Of a stretch of 64,000 nt of DNA, positions 27,001 through 42,000 are shown piece after piece. Source of the DNA: Candidatus Omnitrophota bacterium. GTDB taxonomy: Bacteria; Omnitrophota; Gorgyraeia; Zapsychrales; JANLHA01. The number at the start of each line of letters is the position of its first letter. Position 1 is the stretch's first letter. The notes beneath the pieces were generated by a model that was given only the letters and a program-made list of their open reading frames with translations, was not told where the DNA came from and made no database searches. The DNA lies in the NCBI GenBank assembly GCA_031423615.1, contig JANPFV010000055.1, positions 474 through 64,473 of the forward strand, in the 5' to 3' direction. The position numbers and the translations under genes were made by a program.

Positions 27001-30000
27001 CGTCAAACCTCACAATGGCGTTAAATATGCAGGCCTTTCTGCCCAAGGAGATTCTTCCGCCAACCCACATAACGGGATTAACTACCAAGGCGTTTTTAAC
27101 CTAGGAAATTTCTTAGCCCGCAGTCAATTAATACCGAATTGGCACGAGAAATCAACCGCTGATCTTCTTAATGCCCTAAGGAAGGTTGCTTCTTTTGCCG
27201 CGCGAATGAAAAAAGTTTATTCGGCCTTTCCTTCCATGAAGCCGGAATTTGTATCACGTAATGAGCAAGAAGGACAGCAAATAGTCCAGGCTTTAAGCAG
27301 CCGTTTGAATAATGAGCAAGATCGTGCAGAAATGGTTGCGGCTTTTGAGCAAGCTAAGCGCGACGACAAGGCCCGTCATTTTCATCCTTGGATGGAAAAG
27401 GTTTTTCAGTCCGCCCAACCTCACAATGGCGTTAAATATACAGGTCTTTCCCAACAAGATAGTTCTTCTCTTCGCGTGTCCGCGCCATCGCAAAATGACG
27501 TTAAAGAAGAAGGCCTTTCTGATCAAGGAGATTCTTCCGCATCCAGCCCGCTCCAAAATCATGCTTTGCCGCGGGAGGGTTTTGCCGTGGCCATGTTAAA
27601 AGAAATTATCACCGCGGGTCCTTTGGCAACGGGCCGTTCCGTCGTGGTCGTAGTCGAAGGCCAGACATGGATTCTCCTTGCGACAAACAGCCAAACCGCT
27701 TTGAACTCTCCTCTTACTCCTCTTGAAAATCTTGCCCAGAATTTAGCCGGTTTATTTACTTTTGCCAGTGCCAGTTCGGCTTTGGTAGATGAAGCGCAGG
27801 CTGTGGCGGTAAAAGTACTGTCCCCGGCAGAGGCGGCTTGGGCCCAGCGTACGGTAGAGTTGTTAGAAGGGTATAAAGAAGCGGGAACGGTTGTGGCTGA
27901 TGAAACCTTCGCCGCGGTATGGTTAATGGGCCTTTCGCCATCGTTCATATTGCCTGCGTCTTTACAAGGTGCATCTTTATCCGAAATGACGCGGCAATTT
28001 TATAAAGTCCATCATCTTGTTTATGCCCCGCGGCTTCATCCCAACGGTTCGCCTCTTCATCAAAGGGCGGTTTCAACATGGATGCAGGATTTTATTTTGA
28101 ATATCGCAGACGATCAGGTTCTTTTGTTTGCTTTTGCGGAAATGATAGCCACTCTCGAACAGGCCGGGCAAGCTAGCAGGGAGGAACAGGAATATTGGGC
28201 GCGAAGGGCAAATCATATTTTTGGGAACGTGGCCAATGTTTTACGCAGGTCGGATATTGCGGCCGCGATTCGTATCGCCAGTTTAAAACTCCTTGAGCCA
28301 GAAGAACATAAGCGCACAGAAAGATTAAATGAAAAAGTCACCCGTATGAATGAAGAAAAACGCCATACCTACTTGGCCCGACAGGTTTATAAGTTAAAGC
28401 AATATTTTGAGGCCCACGGCGTTGATTTGCATGGCATTAAATTTTATTTGCGGGTTAAAGATGCCGCATCCTTGCTTAATAAGCTCAATCGTCGCCAATT
28501 AACAATTCAAGAAATTGTCGATCTCTTCGGCATCATGATCATAGTACCCGACGAAGAACACAATATAACTCTTTACGCTATTATTGGTTTATTGTCAGAT
28601 TTGCAAGGAGATAACGTTAAAAACCATAAGATTCAAGAGGCGCCGAATTTAATTTTTGTGGAAGCTGACTTCCATGAACGGCTTGGCAATGATAGCTGGG
28701 AGATGGTTATGAAGGATGTCAGGGGCAATCCTTTTGACGTTACGGTGATGGATGAAACCAATTACGGAAGATTTTTGACGAACGCAGAGTTTGCCTATTG
28801 GAAATTCGCCGCCCGCAAAGATCCTGCCCTCAAAGAGCAATTATTCGATAAATTCCCTAACTTTAAGCCCAGCGGCGATTTGGCTCGTGATTATCTCGCT
28901 TTGCGTCATCTGCTCCGTAACAAGATTGCTGTACGTGTTGTGGTTCGGAATAGTAAACAAAATAATAGCTTTGCTGTTTATCCCCTTCTCATGGAGCGTA
29001 AAAAAGTGGACGGCCGCGCCGTAGGTCCTGTTCCTGCTGACGCCGCCGCTTATTGGCGGGCCAACATGTTAAATGAAGAATACAGTTACTCATCGGAAGC
29101 GGTTTTATTTGTTAATGCCGGTCAAATTGTCGTGCAATTAAAAACCGCCAGATTAAGGGAAAGCACGCCATTAAAAACCGGCCAGGTTTTGCATTTTACC
29201 AATGGAACATCATCGGCCAATTGGAACGAGATCAGGCATAGGGCGACCACTACCCGGGCTAGGTTAATGGCTGAAATTGTTGACCTTAATTCTAAACAGA
29301 GAAAAGCATTGGCGCAAGAGGGTCAACGAAGATTGTCCCAAGAAGCCGGTCTCACCGGAAGTGCACAGGAAATAACCGTACTGGAAGAGTGGAGTAGTGA
29401 TTCCCATATGCTAGTCATTGGGGAAAAAGAGAATTTTCTGCAAGAACTTTATATGGCTTTTGCCAAGGGTTTGATTGATTCCCATGAACTTAACCGAATG
29501 TTTGAAGCCGCAGGAAGCCTGCTTTTGGCCAAAGCGCGGATTATCAGTGCGACCGGCGATAAAAAGAGTGATCTGCGCATAGAATCAATATTAAGTCTTT
29601 TTCCGGAAGTTCCTGTGCAATATACCCGCAACATTGTTGTTTTTGCTCAAGCCATCGGGCGCGGCTTAGTCAATGTTAAGACCATCAATGAAAGATTAAG
29701 TTTACCAGGCTTGAGAGTTTCTATTCAACACGTGTGGATGGCGCCCTCACCTGAAGTTGTCAACAGGACGTCTATACCGGTTTGGATTTTAATTGTTACC
29801 GGAGATTATAATCATCATGGTTTATTTTTACCGATAACGTCTATTCTGTTTGAAAAGGGTATTAATATTATCGAGATTCAGACCTTAAATAATAAAGGAT
29901 TCGGCGCGCAATTTATTCTTGATGAAAATTGCGATGGCCAGGCTTTAGCAATGTCTATCGAGGCCATCGGCCGCATTCCGGATATGGCTGTAGATGTTGC

Positions 30001-33000
30001 GAGGAATTATCATCAATTAGTAATGAGGGTAAACATCCCGAATCAGCCGGGAACTTTAAATACTCTTTTACGTTCGCTATTAGAATCCTACCCGGTCGAC
30101 ATTCAATCTCTACGCGCCAAGGTCGGTCCCAATAATCGAGATAAAAAGAAATATGCCCAGATCGATATGGTCCTTAACCTTCCTCCCGAAATCAAAGAAT
30201 CTGACCTTACCCAGACGATTATCCAGACGCTTGACCAAATTAAAAAGGAAAAGGGAAATGGGAATGGAAAGGGAAATGGGAATGGGAATGGGAATGGAAA
30301 GCGGAATGGCCGCCCGGTTAAGGGCGAGAATTTCTCCGCCTCCTCAACAATAACCGGAAATAATCCAAACATTATTTCTTACGCTTTGCCTGATTTCTGG
30401 GTCATGGCCTCAGCCAGAGACCTGGCCGCGCAAGAAGAAACCAAAGATGGCAAAGAAACTGTCACATTTACCGAAGCCTTCGCAAAAATTGAGAGGCTTT
30501 TGCGTCATTTTAAACGCGAAGGGGCGACGGGCATTTATATTTACGGTATTAATAAAACGGCCCCGCTGGGAGAAAAAGTTCATACCGTTCCGACGACAGG
30601 ACGTTATTTCTTGCCTGCGGCCCAACCTTTGGTGACGGTGAATGGCTATCAGACCAAGGTCAATGATGTGGGGACGGGAGTTCCCCTCAGAGATGACCGG
30701 GGAAATATTTTCTCGATAGTTGATATGAATATGCTCGATCCCGGCATGGGGCGTCCGGGCATGAACAATGATGATCTTTGGATGGCTCTTGGTCATTTGA
30801 CCCAGGCCGCTGAAAATTATGGTCTTAAATTGGTTACGGATTTTATATGCTGGCTTTCTCCGGACGCCATTGATGAAGGGAATCTCGATTGGACCATTTG
30901 GCAACCCTTGAGTCCAAAGCAATCTGGACAATCCGATCAAGATCTTTTATTAGCGAATGAAGACTCAGCGATTATTCGCAACAGCAACGGTGAACGCATA
31001 GCCATGGCCATGCATCTTTTTCCCAGCAACAAAGATCAGGTGATTTTAAACGCCTTTCATCCCTTTGTTGTGGCCTACTATATAAGGACTTTGCAAAAAT
31101 ACATGGAGGTAGGCATTTATATCGTCCGGGTGGATCTGGGCCATCAACTTCTTAAGAAAAACTTATTGAATTATTTTAAAAATCCTCAGCAACGAAGCCA
31201 ATATTCGCAATACCCGGAACCGTGGGAAGTTATTTTTATCGCGGCCCAGCAGATGGCTCGTAGTCAAGGAGCGAGATTCCGTTTTCTTTTTGAAACTTAT
31301 GATGAAGAGGAACAGAGGATATTGCAAGACATAGCTCAAAAGACAGGCGTTGATATTGAGTTTTATTATAGTGAAATTTATCATCAATATCGCGCCAGAA
31401 ATATTCTTGAACTTGCCTGGAAAATGGCCCATGCGTTTAATTCTCGTCACAGTTTGCGCACCTTTGTTTCGGAATTTGATGATGAGCCTTTGGCTCACAT
31501 GGGAGGACCGTTTAAAGGGTTCTTTAAATTCTTTATGGTCCACGCGGCCTTTGGATTAAAGTCTATGGCCGATACCCGTGAGTTGACCGGGCAAGAAGCA
31601 CAAATCTTAACTGTTTCCGGCGGATTAGAAACCCATCTTGTTTGTTCGCCGGCAGAATATCAAGGGCGAAATACTTTTGAAAAGCATGCCCAGATCATAA
31701 ACTCGACGGACTGGCGTGAACAATTGGCTGAAATTTTTCCAGAGGGATGGCTTCCGGCAGAAAATATTTTGCAAGACAATCACCCGGGATATCCTTCTCT
31801 GTATTTGGATTATGGAAATCGCAATCACCGAAATCGGTTTATTGCGTTGGGATGGATGGCCGGCGGAAAACTAAAAATTTATATATTTAAGGGCCGTCCG
31901 GCTGGCAAAGAGCAGAAAGTTTGGATTCAAATCCCTGAACAAATTCTTGCCGCCTCAGATTATGGGCTTCGCAAGTACCATCAAATTATTTTTGCCGCTC
32001 ATGAAGAGTATAAGTTCATGAGACTTTCTTTGGAACCGGACCGTGATTTATCAATGGCGGGTTATGAGGACGATGAGGTGGCTCGTAATTTAGCGCAGAT
32101 GTATGAGCAGAAAACAGGCGATTTCGGTTGGGCGGGACATTTGAAAGAAGATTATTATTCTTATTATCGCCGCACTCCGGGCGGACGAAAAGTTTTTGCG
32201 CGGCTCATGGAAAAATTATGGGCTGATGAGCAAAAAAGATTTGTCGACGGTTTGCAGTGGATTGATCAACAACTTTCTGCTTCATCTGAGATTCAGGAGA
32301 ATGAGAATGTCTTCGTTTCTGCCAGCTCTCCTCTTTATACACCGGTCATGAATCAAATTGTTGAGTTTGGAAATCAAGGCTGGCGTGTTGCAGAGGACAC
32401 TCAACTTGTGGTAGCAGATTTTGCGAAGGACAATGAAAAGTTGCATGTTGTTGTTTCTCGGGTCCATTTTATTTTGAAATACGACCGTCAATATAGAGAA
32501 TTACTATGCATAAATTTAGCGGGCGGTCATTTGAAAATCACCCGCAATAATAAAATAGGTCAAATTCCGATGCAATATGCGGAATTAAGAAGCGTCCAAT
32601 TTGTTGAGGAAGGAAATTTAGATGGTTTAACGGGACGGCATGTTATGGTCCTGGGATTTGATCAGGATGCTGTACACGAAAGAGAGGATTTCTTTAGAAG
32701 AAATCTGTCTCCCGCCTATTTGCGTTTAGTGGACAGTCCCTATCAACTGGCTGTTCAATTCAAATCCATAAACAGCCATTCCGCCTCATCGTCTATTATT
32801 CCGGTCAAGGTTTTATTCCCCGGCTTGGCTTTTGGACCGGTTAAATTATGGATTCCCGGCAGTGACTTTTCTCAGTTTAAAGGGACGATCGTCTTGGCCA
32901 GAGAATTGTCCGGCCATGAGGTTATTGAATTACGAAGAAACCACGTCGCCGGCTTTATCACGCTTACGGGAAATTATTCTCTCGGTGGGGGCGCGATCCC

Positions 33001-36000
33001 GGGGCTTCCCTGGGTCATAATATCTCAAGAAAGGTCACGTCAATTGCGGGAAGGCAAAGAAATCATTCTCGACACGCGGTTGGAAAATATTTTTTCTCCC
33101 CAAAACTATGGAATCCGGCGGGCCTCGGATGTACGGTTTAGCGAAGCGGCCCAAGCCCTGACTCAGGAAGCCCAAGGGTCTTCAGAGCAAATGGCCTATA
33201 TTCTTCATTGGCTCACCACCGAACTGGATATGATTTGGGTCATTGCCCGACGCTACCAAAAATCTGTTGTAGACAATACCGAAACCATGGGTTCTTTTTA
33301 TCGATTCATCGATGAAGAATTAAAGCCGCTGCGTCAACAAACCATTTATCAGCAACTTTATCTGGGTACGGCGGTCCGTTGGGAAGCGGCCATGGCCCAT
33401 GCCCGAGCCGAGCAGGATAAAGAAAAAATCAAAATAATTTTTGCGGAATATGTGGCTTGGTTAAGGAAGGTGAGAGGAAAGATTTTAGATCATACGACAC
33501 CCCAAGAGCAAAAGGCCTTGACCGGTTTCGCCCGGGCGATTGTTGATCTGGATATTGATGAAGCGTTAAACCAGGATGCCCTCTCAGATTTGGAGGCTAT
33601 CGGAACAGCATTAGGACTAGACATTCTTCATAACGAAAATATCGGCGCGGTCATTCAGGACAATATGATTCAAAGAGAAAAGCTCCGTGTTTCCAAGGAC
33701 AGCGTTTTGGCGGATTATTATTCGCATTTTATTGTGAGTTTGAAACCAGCTGAGGCTGTCGTGGATATGGAGACATTGAGCGTAGCCGACCGGCATATTG
33801 CTGGATTTAATGCTTATGGTTTGGCCTTGATGAGGGAAATTACAAAATATTTGAGGACCCATGGTCATAACGTGAGAATGGCCCGCGGTTTTGTGGTATT
33901 GCGGTACGTTTTTGAAACGCCGGAATTTGTTGAGTTTAACTCCACCATTTTAGAAATTCTTAACAACCGTCCGGCAGATGGGGCCAAGCGAGTCAGGGCC
34001 GCAATTGAAAGGGTTATCTTAAGCGAGGAATTCAAAACAAAAGTCACACAAATGTTTCAAGACATTTTGCCTGGCCAGAGAGCCATGGTCAGTGTTTCTA
34101 CGCCGATAGATCCACTCTTGTCGGACGAAGAAATATTGCCGGAACCTGTGGATGCCTCGAAGGTCGTTGACATTCTTAAAGACGTTTGGATCCGGCATTT
34201 TAATGACGAGTGGTTTGAGCGCGTATCACAGATCCAGCAATGGGCTAAGGAGAGTTCGGTACATCACAATTTTGTTATTGAACGGTATTATCCGGCGGTT
34301 ATTTTCCACGAATTCATCGGCGCCAGAAATCGGGTCTCGGTAAACATGGTCAATCCATTCACTGGCCATACAAAAGAAATGGCGGTGGCCGCGGGCCATG
34401 ATTTGATTATTGCGGAGCAAGCGACAGGCAAGAAACGTTATGAATATCGCGGTGATGGCGTCGGTATTGCTATGTATCCGTTCATTAAAGACTTGCTTCG
34501 ACAGCTGGCCAGGACCCTGTCTATTGTCAACCGGGCCCCGTTAAGGATTAAATTCATCCGCAAGCCAGATGGAGAGGTTGTCATCTGGGGAGCAGTTCCA
34601 GTTTTATTGCCCGGCGGGCTTAAGAATTTTGGTATGCACTCCACATTATCCGCCCGGTTGATCGAAGTGACTCCGGAAGGCGGGTTGAGAATAACGGTGC
34701 GTTTTGAAAGTGATTTTGATTTAAGGACAACCGACATCGCCGATATGAATAAGGCAACCAATCCCATCCAGATCATTGATTTAGAAACCAACAGTGTGAT
34801 TGAAGAGTTTGAATGGTCCATTAAAGAGAAAAATGTTTTGATGCTGAGCATTGAAAAACTATTGCGGACTTTTACCCTTAAATTAGACCGTGGTTTCGGG
34901 CGCGGGCCGGACGGCCAAACCCGAACCTATCTCAAATACCCCTTGGTGGCCGTGGAACCATTTTTATATGCTATTACCGTAGAGGGTAGAAAAATTACTG
35001 TACCAGAAATGAGAACTTTCGACGAGGTTTTAGTGTGGTATGAAAATAATTTGGCAGAAGAAAAAATGGCTGCCTCTTCAGCCCTCACTCTCGACGGAGA
35101 AAACGATCTTCTTCAGCTTGCCAGCTCATCGTCGGCTGTAAATCATACTATTCGTTCGCTCCCGGGTGGAAAACCCCTGACCGATGATGAATATACTCAA
35201 GCGAGAACGGGCCATGATCTTGAAAAACTGGCAAAGAGCAGTAAGGCAGATGAGATTTTGGCCGCAGGCAGGGACTTGGCTATCGAGACGTTATGGAAAT
35301 TTGCCGAGGACGCCCGAGCAATGGCCTTGCAGAATTTATCTTCGCAAAGAAATGTTCATATTATTGTAGGGCCTTTCCGCGGATTTTTAGCAGCCGGTTA
35401 TGAAGAAAAAGGCATAAAAACTATTTTGCTTTCAAATTATTATGAAAGCCATTACACCAAAACCGAGGTCGTAGTCAGTCTAATCTATGTCGCTGACCAT
35501 TTGGTGTTCCCCGATCCGGAAAGAGTCAAGCGCCTGACTCAAGAATTTTTGCAGGAAGAAGCACGAGTGCCGGCAACCTGGGACATGGTGAAATTGGTTT
35601 ATGACCATACAAGAAAGATGATTGAGAGTCATCCTCTCGATTGGGAAAAACGGATTTATACAAGTTATGCCCAGAATGGAGCCAGTGCTTGGCGGAGAGT
35701 TTATATGGAAGTTTTCCGCCGCTTGTCTCTTACGACCGATAGTCAGGATATTAGAAGAAAAATATCGTGGATTCTGGGACAAACAGAATTTCTGGGTTTT
35801 GATGTATGGCAAGAAGTGATGGACAATGAAAAGGCCGTGGAGACGACCTTAAGGGCTATTAACACAGCCAATCTGGTGAATAGGCAAGCCCTTGTTCATC
35901 AACTCCTCAGTGTCCTCAATGCGGATTGGGAAAATAAAGAAGAACCGGCTTATCAGCGGGCCATGGGGGTTTTAGACGGACTAGTTAAAGCCATTCCATC

Positions 36001-39000
36001 GGGTATGGAAAAGTTAGCGACCCCGTTAAGCCGTACGGAACCTTCTTACAGTATCGCCTTGACATGGCTGAGTAAGCAGGGTTTTCAGGATGCCCATCAC
36101 ATTGCGACAATGCTAAGGTCGGTGATGAGTAATTCTCATATTAAAGTTGTGGAATTTGAAGGTTTTCTTTTACCGGCGACATTATATGAATTTGTCGACG
36201 ATCAAGGAAGAAAAAGGACCACCATTTTAGTGTCCCGCTTTTATGTTGAAAAAGGAAATGAAGTCCAATTGGCAGGGGGGTTGATCTATGCCATAGGAAA
36301 AAGGCTGGGTTATCCGCAAGCTTTAATGATGGTGATCAAGAATGCCTTTTTTATTGATCAAGCGAAGAAAACTGTCGGTCCTCTGGCCAAGAAATTTACT
36401 GAAAGTTTTGTCCCGGTCGCCATGACCCTTTTTAACACGATGGTTGATATCAATCCGGTATTACAAGCCATGCTTCCGCCGTTTCTTGTCGGAACAATCG
36501 AAGAAGTTGTAGAAAGCTTGATGCCCAGTAAGATCCACCAAATGCGGGACACGATCAGTAAAATTTCAGAAGAACTCGACACCTTGATCCGTCATGAATT
36601 GGCCATGGGATTGGATCAGGGGATGACTTTCCCGGAAGTCAAGGATCGTTTAGAAATGATCGCCAGTTTCGCCTTTGGGAAAGACTTGGATGAATTGCCG
36701 GTTTTAGAATCGGTTCCTGATCGTGAGCTTCAATCCCCCGAAGGCTTGGCCTGCGTTAAAATTTATTCTCCTTATTCAACTGATCAAGAACAAGCCGCGG
36801 ATACAAAAATACATACCACCTTGATCGTAATGCCCGACTGGCGGCATTCTAATTTGCATGTTTCTCCTGATAAAGATTTGGTCGAAAAGTTCCGTAAGCA
36901 AGGACAGCGCGTTGCTGTGCTGGAATGGCAAAACCCGAAAGAAAATTATTCTTTTGGCATATTTTTACACGTGATCCATTTCTTTGTGGAAGAACTTGGA
37001 AAAGATGGGCCGGTGGATGCCATAGGATATTCGCAAGGCGGGGCATTTCTTTTATTAATGATTGCTTTGACCGAATTTAATCCTAACAACAGCGGCCGTA
37101 AAAATATTCCTGTGGCAGTAATGACCAGTGAAAATGACATCATGGTTTCTTCTCAATCAACCGCAGTCATGGTGCTGGTTCTGGAAAGAAACACAGGAAG
37201 TCGAGAAGATGAAGTTGCCATTTTTGATTCCGATGCCGTCCATGAGTTGCTCCTGACCGACGGACCCGCCTGGGACTCTTATTTGGAATGGAGAAGTTCC
37301 CATCTTTTTACCGGTACTGGCTTGGCTTCCTTATTGTTGGTGGGAACGCCTGTGGGTGTTGGTTTCTTTGAAAACATGGGAGGATCCACTCAAATCAAGC
37401 AAATGAAGCAAATGATGATGGACCGCAAAACAGGCAAATTGCCCGGTCGTTTGTTTGCCCAGTCGACTCTGCTTCTCGCCGGAGGAGATTATCTCAGGAG
37501 GATGACGAGTCAAGCTTTTGCGGAAATTTCCTGCACCGATCCGGCCGTTTTTCGCTATGCCATGGATTACCGTGGCCGTTGGCAGGAACAATTGGACCAA
37601 CTGCAGAATATAGCAAACGGAAAAATATCAGCCGCTGATTTAAAAGAGGCGACGCTGTTATTGCATTATGTCAGCCGTAACAGTCTGGATCATTCACCCG
37701 AAACTTTTAAAAAAGCAGTGGGTGAATTTAGACAAGAATTGCTGCGCTTTATTGAAGATGCTCTTTTGCGGAAATGGACCTTGAATATGCCTGATCTTGA
37801 TGCCGAAGCTCTCTTTGCATATCTTAGCTTGGTTTTTGGTGAGGAATATTTGACCAGCCTATCCGCCCAGGAAGTCTTTCAATTAAAACTCAACGCCTCC
37901 TCTGCCTCATCGGCGCTGGATCATTTTCCGGCTGTTGTATCAGGTCAATTGAGCCCGGAATTGGTAGAGCGTATTCGTATTTTAGCGGACGCGGATTTAA
38001 CGAATTTTCGTAGTAACGAGAATTTGGACAAAATCGATAGACTTTTTGGCGAATTAAGCGATATCGGCGGCGAAGACGTCTGCAATGTCGCGCTGTGGTT
38101 GATAGATGAGCAGTTAAAAAAGATTACTTATCAAGATTGGCCTTTGGAATTTGTGGTCTTGACCGGGAATCGGGTCCAATTTATGGCGACCTTGGGACAT
38201 TTTGAAGGATTTCAGGCGAGCTTGAGAATATATGAAAAAGGAATCCACGAAATGGTTGAACATAATAAAAAAAGCCCCAAACCTATAAAGAATTTCTTCC
38301 TGCCTTATAAAATTCTTATGGAAGTGTATTCCACGCTGACTGTGCTGATCGCTGCCCATGACGCCCCGGACATTCTTCTGGGTGTGGCCAACGCCGCTCT
38401 GATTTTTAAGAATTCCGTCGGGCAAGAGCTAGGATATCCTAAGGAAACCGCGATTATTTATCATCAAATGGGAATGGTTTATTGGAAACAAGAAGATTAT
38501 AAGCGTGCGCTGGAATATTTTGTAAAGGCTGAGAAACTGGATTCAACCGAGGTCATTTATGGTTTGCAGCATGCTCGCGCTTGGAAAAGGCTTGGCTACT
38601 TGGATAGGGCGAGGACACAAGCCCAGGAGACAATCGCGCGTGTTAAAGGAAAGGGCCGGGCCCATTTTATCTATGGCCTGACCGTCGTTGAAGAAGCTGA
38701 AAGGTCAGGTTCCCAATTACCGGTCGAGGAGGGAATAGAACATTTAAAGAAGGCCGCGGCCTTAGACGAAATTGCCCAAGATCTGCCTGCGAATGCCGTT
38801 GCCCAAATAGAGAAAGATTTAGCTCAAGCCAAGATCCGCCTGGATGCGGCACGTAAAGATAAAGATCTTATAGCAGAAATTGCCGTGCTGGTTAAGCTCT
38901 CAGTCGCCAGTACACCTGCTGATAATCTTTGGGCGGTTTTGGAACCTTATTTGCAAAATGAGGGAGATGTCTTTTTATTAGCGGCGATTGAAGGATTGGC

Positions 39001-42000
39001 GGGACATGATCGCCGGTTTAGAAAAGTTTCAACGCCTTTATTGGTGATGTTGATATTACACCCGCGCGTGGGGGTGAAATCACGCAACGCTCTTAATAAA
39101 GAATATGCCCTTCGCGCGCGGGAATGGCTTCAGGTCAGTGAAGAAATCATTGGCCTTGATCAAACGAAAATCCCTTCGGATGAGCTCACAGCGCATGTTG
39201 TCTTGGGCGCGGAACTGTTTAGCGCTATTGAAAAGAAAGCAGAAAAGACATTTGAATTAAAGCCCGCAGAATGGAGCCGGGCCCGGGTTTTATTGAAAGA
39301 ATTATCAGAATTGTCAGAAAAATTGGCAAAGCACTTGGCGGCAGAATTAGCGGCGCAATTGGCGTCCCAAGAGCAGGCAGAGAAAACCATTGATTTGGAT
39401 AACGGTGAATTAGACGGTTTTAAAAAACGCCTGGCAGAAATTAATAATTCGGATAAAGATACGCAAACGGATTTGTGGCTGAGGTTCCCGGTAAAATCTG
39501 ACGATGAAAATAACGATTACGATTCAATGTTGCAAGCTATAAAAGAATCGTTAAGAGATTCTGCATGGCATGCACGCGAAACTTTATTGTCGGAAATCGA
39601 AGCTTTAGAGGCTATGCCCGCCGGCGAAGATTTGGCAACGCAAAGAGAATTGCTCAATGACCTTTGGAAAAAAGCTGAAGCCATTGTGGTTTGGGAGGTT
39701 GATGGCGAGGAGTATGATTTTAGTTTATCGCTGTTTTCTAAATTGAAAGTCCTTGAGGAACGCATCGCGGTTTCGGAAAAACAATTGCGGGCCCGCTTGG
39801 CCAAAGGCTGGTTGGGCACCTTGCTTTATGACGGCATCATTGAGCGGACTTTAGAAAAACGCGTGGATGAATTGTTGCGGCATGAAAGCGATGAAGTTAA
39901 GCTGATGTATTTTTTGGCGTATGCTTTTGCAGATAGAATGCCGCAAAGTTTATTGAATATGGAACATATTGCCCGACCGATGGCGAGGGCGATTCTCTTT
40001 CAGCCGTATGGCAATAGAGTCGCTCCTCGGCATTGGAAATGGCGGGAAGTCGCCGCTCTTTTTCCGTCGCCCATTACCGGTGAAATAGCTAATGCTATTT
40101 CCAAACGTGTTGTGGAACTTTCCAAGGTTGATACGAAAACAATTGCCGCGCAAATTTCTCAAGAATTCGCTTCCCCCCCCGTTTCCAGCTGCGCGATAGA
40201 AAGTAGGGACAGACCCTACTTTTCTAATATTCAAACGACCAGCGGGCGTATTTCCGGAGAATTCAATCCGCCGTCGGTTTCCAGCTCCGCATTGGGTGCA
40301 TTATTGGCTAAAGCGCAAGCGATGGAACATGATCGATTATTGCATTTGTTGAGGCAAACCTTTCCTCAGGCGGCAGAGGAGCTTTTGGCGAGAGGACGTT
40401 TAGAAGAAAAGAATTGGACTTCTTTGGTGGCTATAAATGCACGGTTGTATTCATCTTTTGCGGACATAACGGAAGAAATTTTAAGGCTACACAGAATGGG
40501 CATTAAAAAAGTATGGTTGATTGGGATTTTTGCGGAAAGTTTGATCAGTGAAAAGTGCGGGCAGGCCAATTATGACCTTCGGTTAAATTATGGGGACCAA
40601 GAAGTTTATTTATATTTTGATCGGAATAATGACGGATCGATCATTTCCATCGTGAGGGAAACAAAAAGGGGAAGTAAAGATTTGAGCGCAGCGGCATTTG
40701 CCATCCCCGAGCATGAGCCCAGCAGCAAGTTAGGCGGCAGAGAAGAATTAAGAAAATTATTCCAGCGTACGGCTGGCATGGATATTTATGTGGATTTTGT
40801 TCCGCACAGTACATCGGTCGATTCAGCGTGGCTTCGTGATGAAAACATAATGACGGGCGAGGGATACTGGTATGTGTATAAAGATTTATCATCAGAAGAC
40901 CAACAAGCTCTTCACACTTGGGAAGAGGGACGTTATTTATCCGTCGAAAATGCAGGGAAACCCGAGACATGGATTCCTGCCCAAGAGCAATTTATTAGAA
41001 TAAGCGAGAAAATTCTTTCAGAAAATACTGGATACTTCCTCCACCGATCTACAAAATTGAATAAATGGATTCTGATTGTTTTAAGCCGAGATGCGACCAT
41101 GAAGCCGCGCGGGGAATATTTCAATGACATCCAGGTATTAATTGATTTGAGTAATTCTCAAGCGCGGCATGAATCGACCAAAGATGCAGTAGGTTTGGCC
41201 GAGCTTGGGGCCCGCGGTTTTAGGATGGATTCGGCGCAAACAGGTGTTGTCGGAAAGAAGGGCGAAGAAAGAGGGTTTATCGCAACGTGGAGTGATCATC
41301 AAATTACTAATCCTTCCTTAGGTAATAATCAGCAAGAACTCTATGAAGAGATGATTCCTGCTGTCCGTCTAGTGACACCTGATTTTGAATTCTTTGGCGA
41401 AGCCTTTTGGTTTTTTGATGTCTTAGAGCAGAGCGGATTCGACAATTTATTGCAGATATGGGTCTATATTTTAATGTCGCGGAAAAGAGACATTCCCCAG
41501 TTACGTAATTATCTCCAAAAGACGAGTTTGGATGAGCATAACCGACGTATGCACGGATCGATAAGTCATGATGATTCACCCAATTATCGATTTGAGCGGT
41601 TGGCGGATATATTGGCTGTAACGAAAAGATTTTTAACTCAAACGGTGATAACGGTGACAATTCCGGGGAGGGTTCTTTTTCATGATGAGCAATTAGGGTA
41701 TGGCTATTTGGTTGCCGCCACTAATCGCAGAATGGTGATCGATGATGTTGAGCATAAAGATGTCCGAAAGGCCTTTGAAGACATGGTGATCTTGGCCGAA
41801 GACCCGGTTTTAAGACGGGGAGAAATCCATGTTTTCCGCAATAATCATCCGCAAGTCTTGGCTTTTGCAAGATATATTCCGGGACGAGCGATAATAGTCA
41901 TAAGTTATCACGGTGCTTTTATTTCTCGAGCCAAGATTGAGAAGCTGGCTGAGCAATATGAATTAGAGTGGTCATCGGTGGCGCTATTCTTTGAACACGT

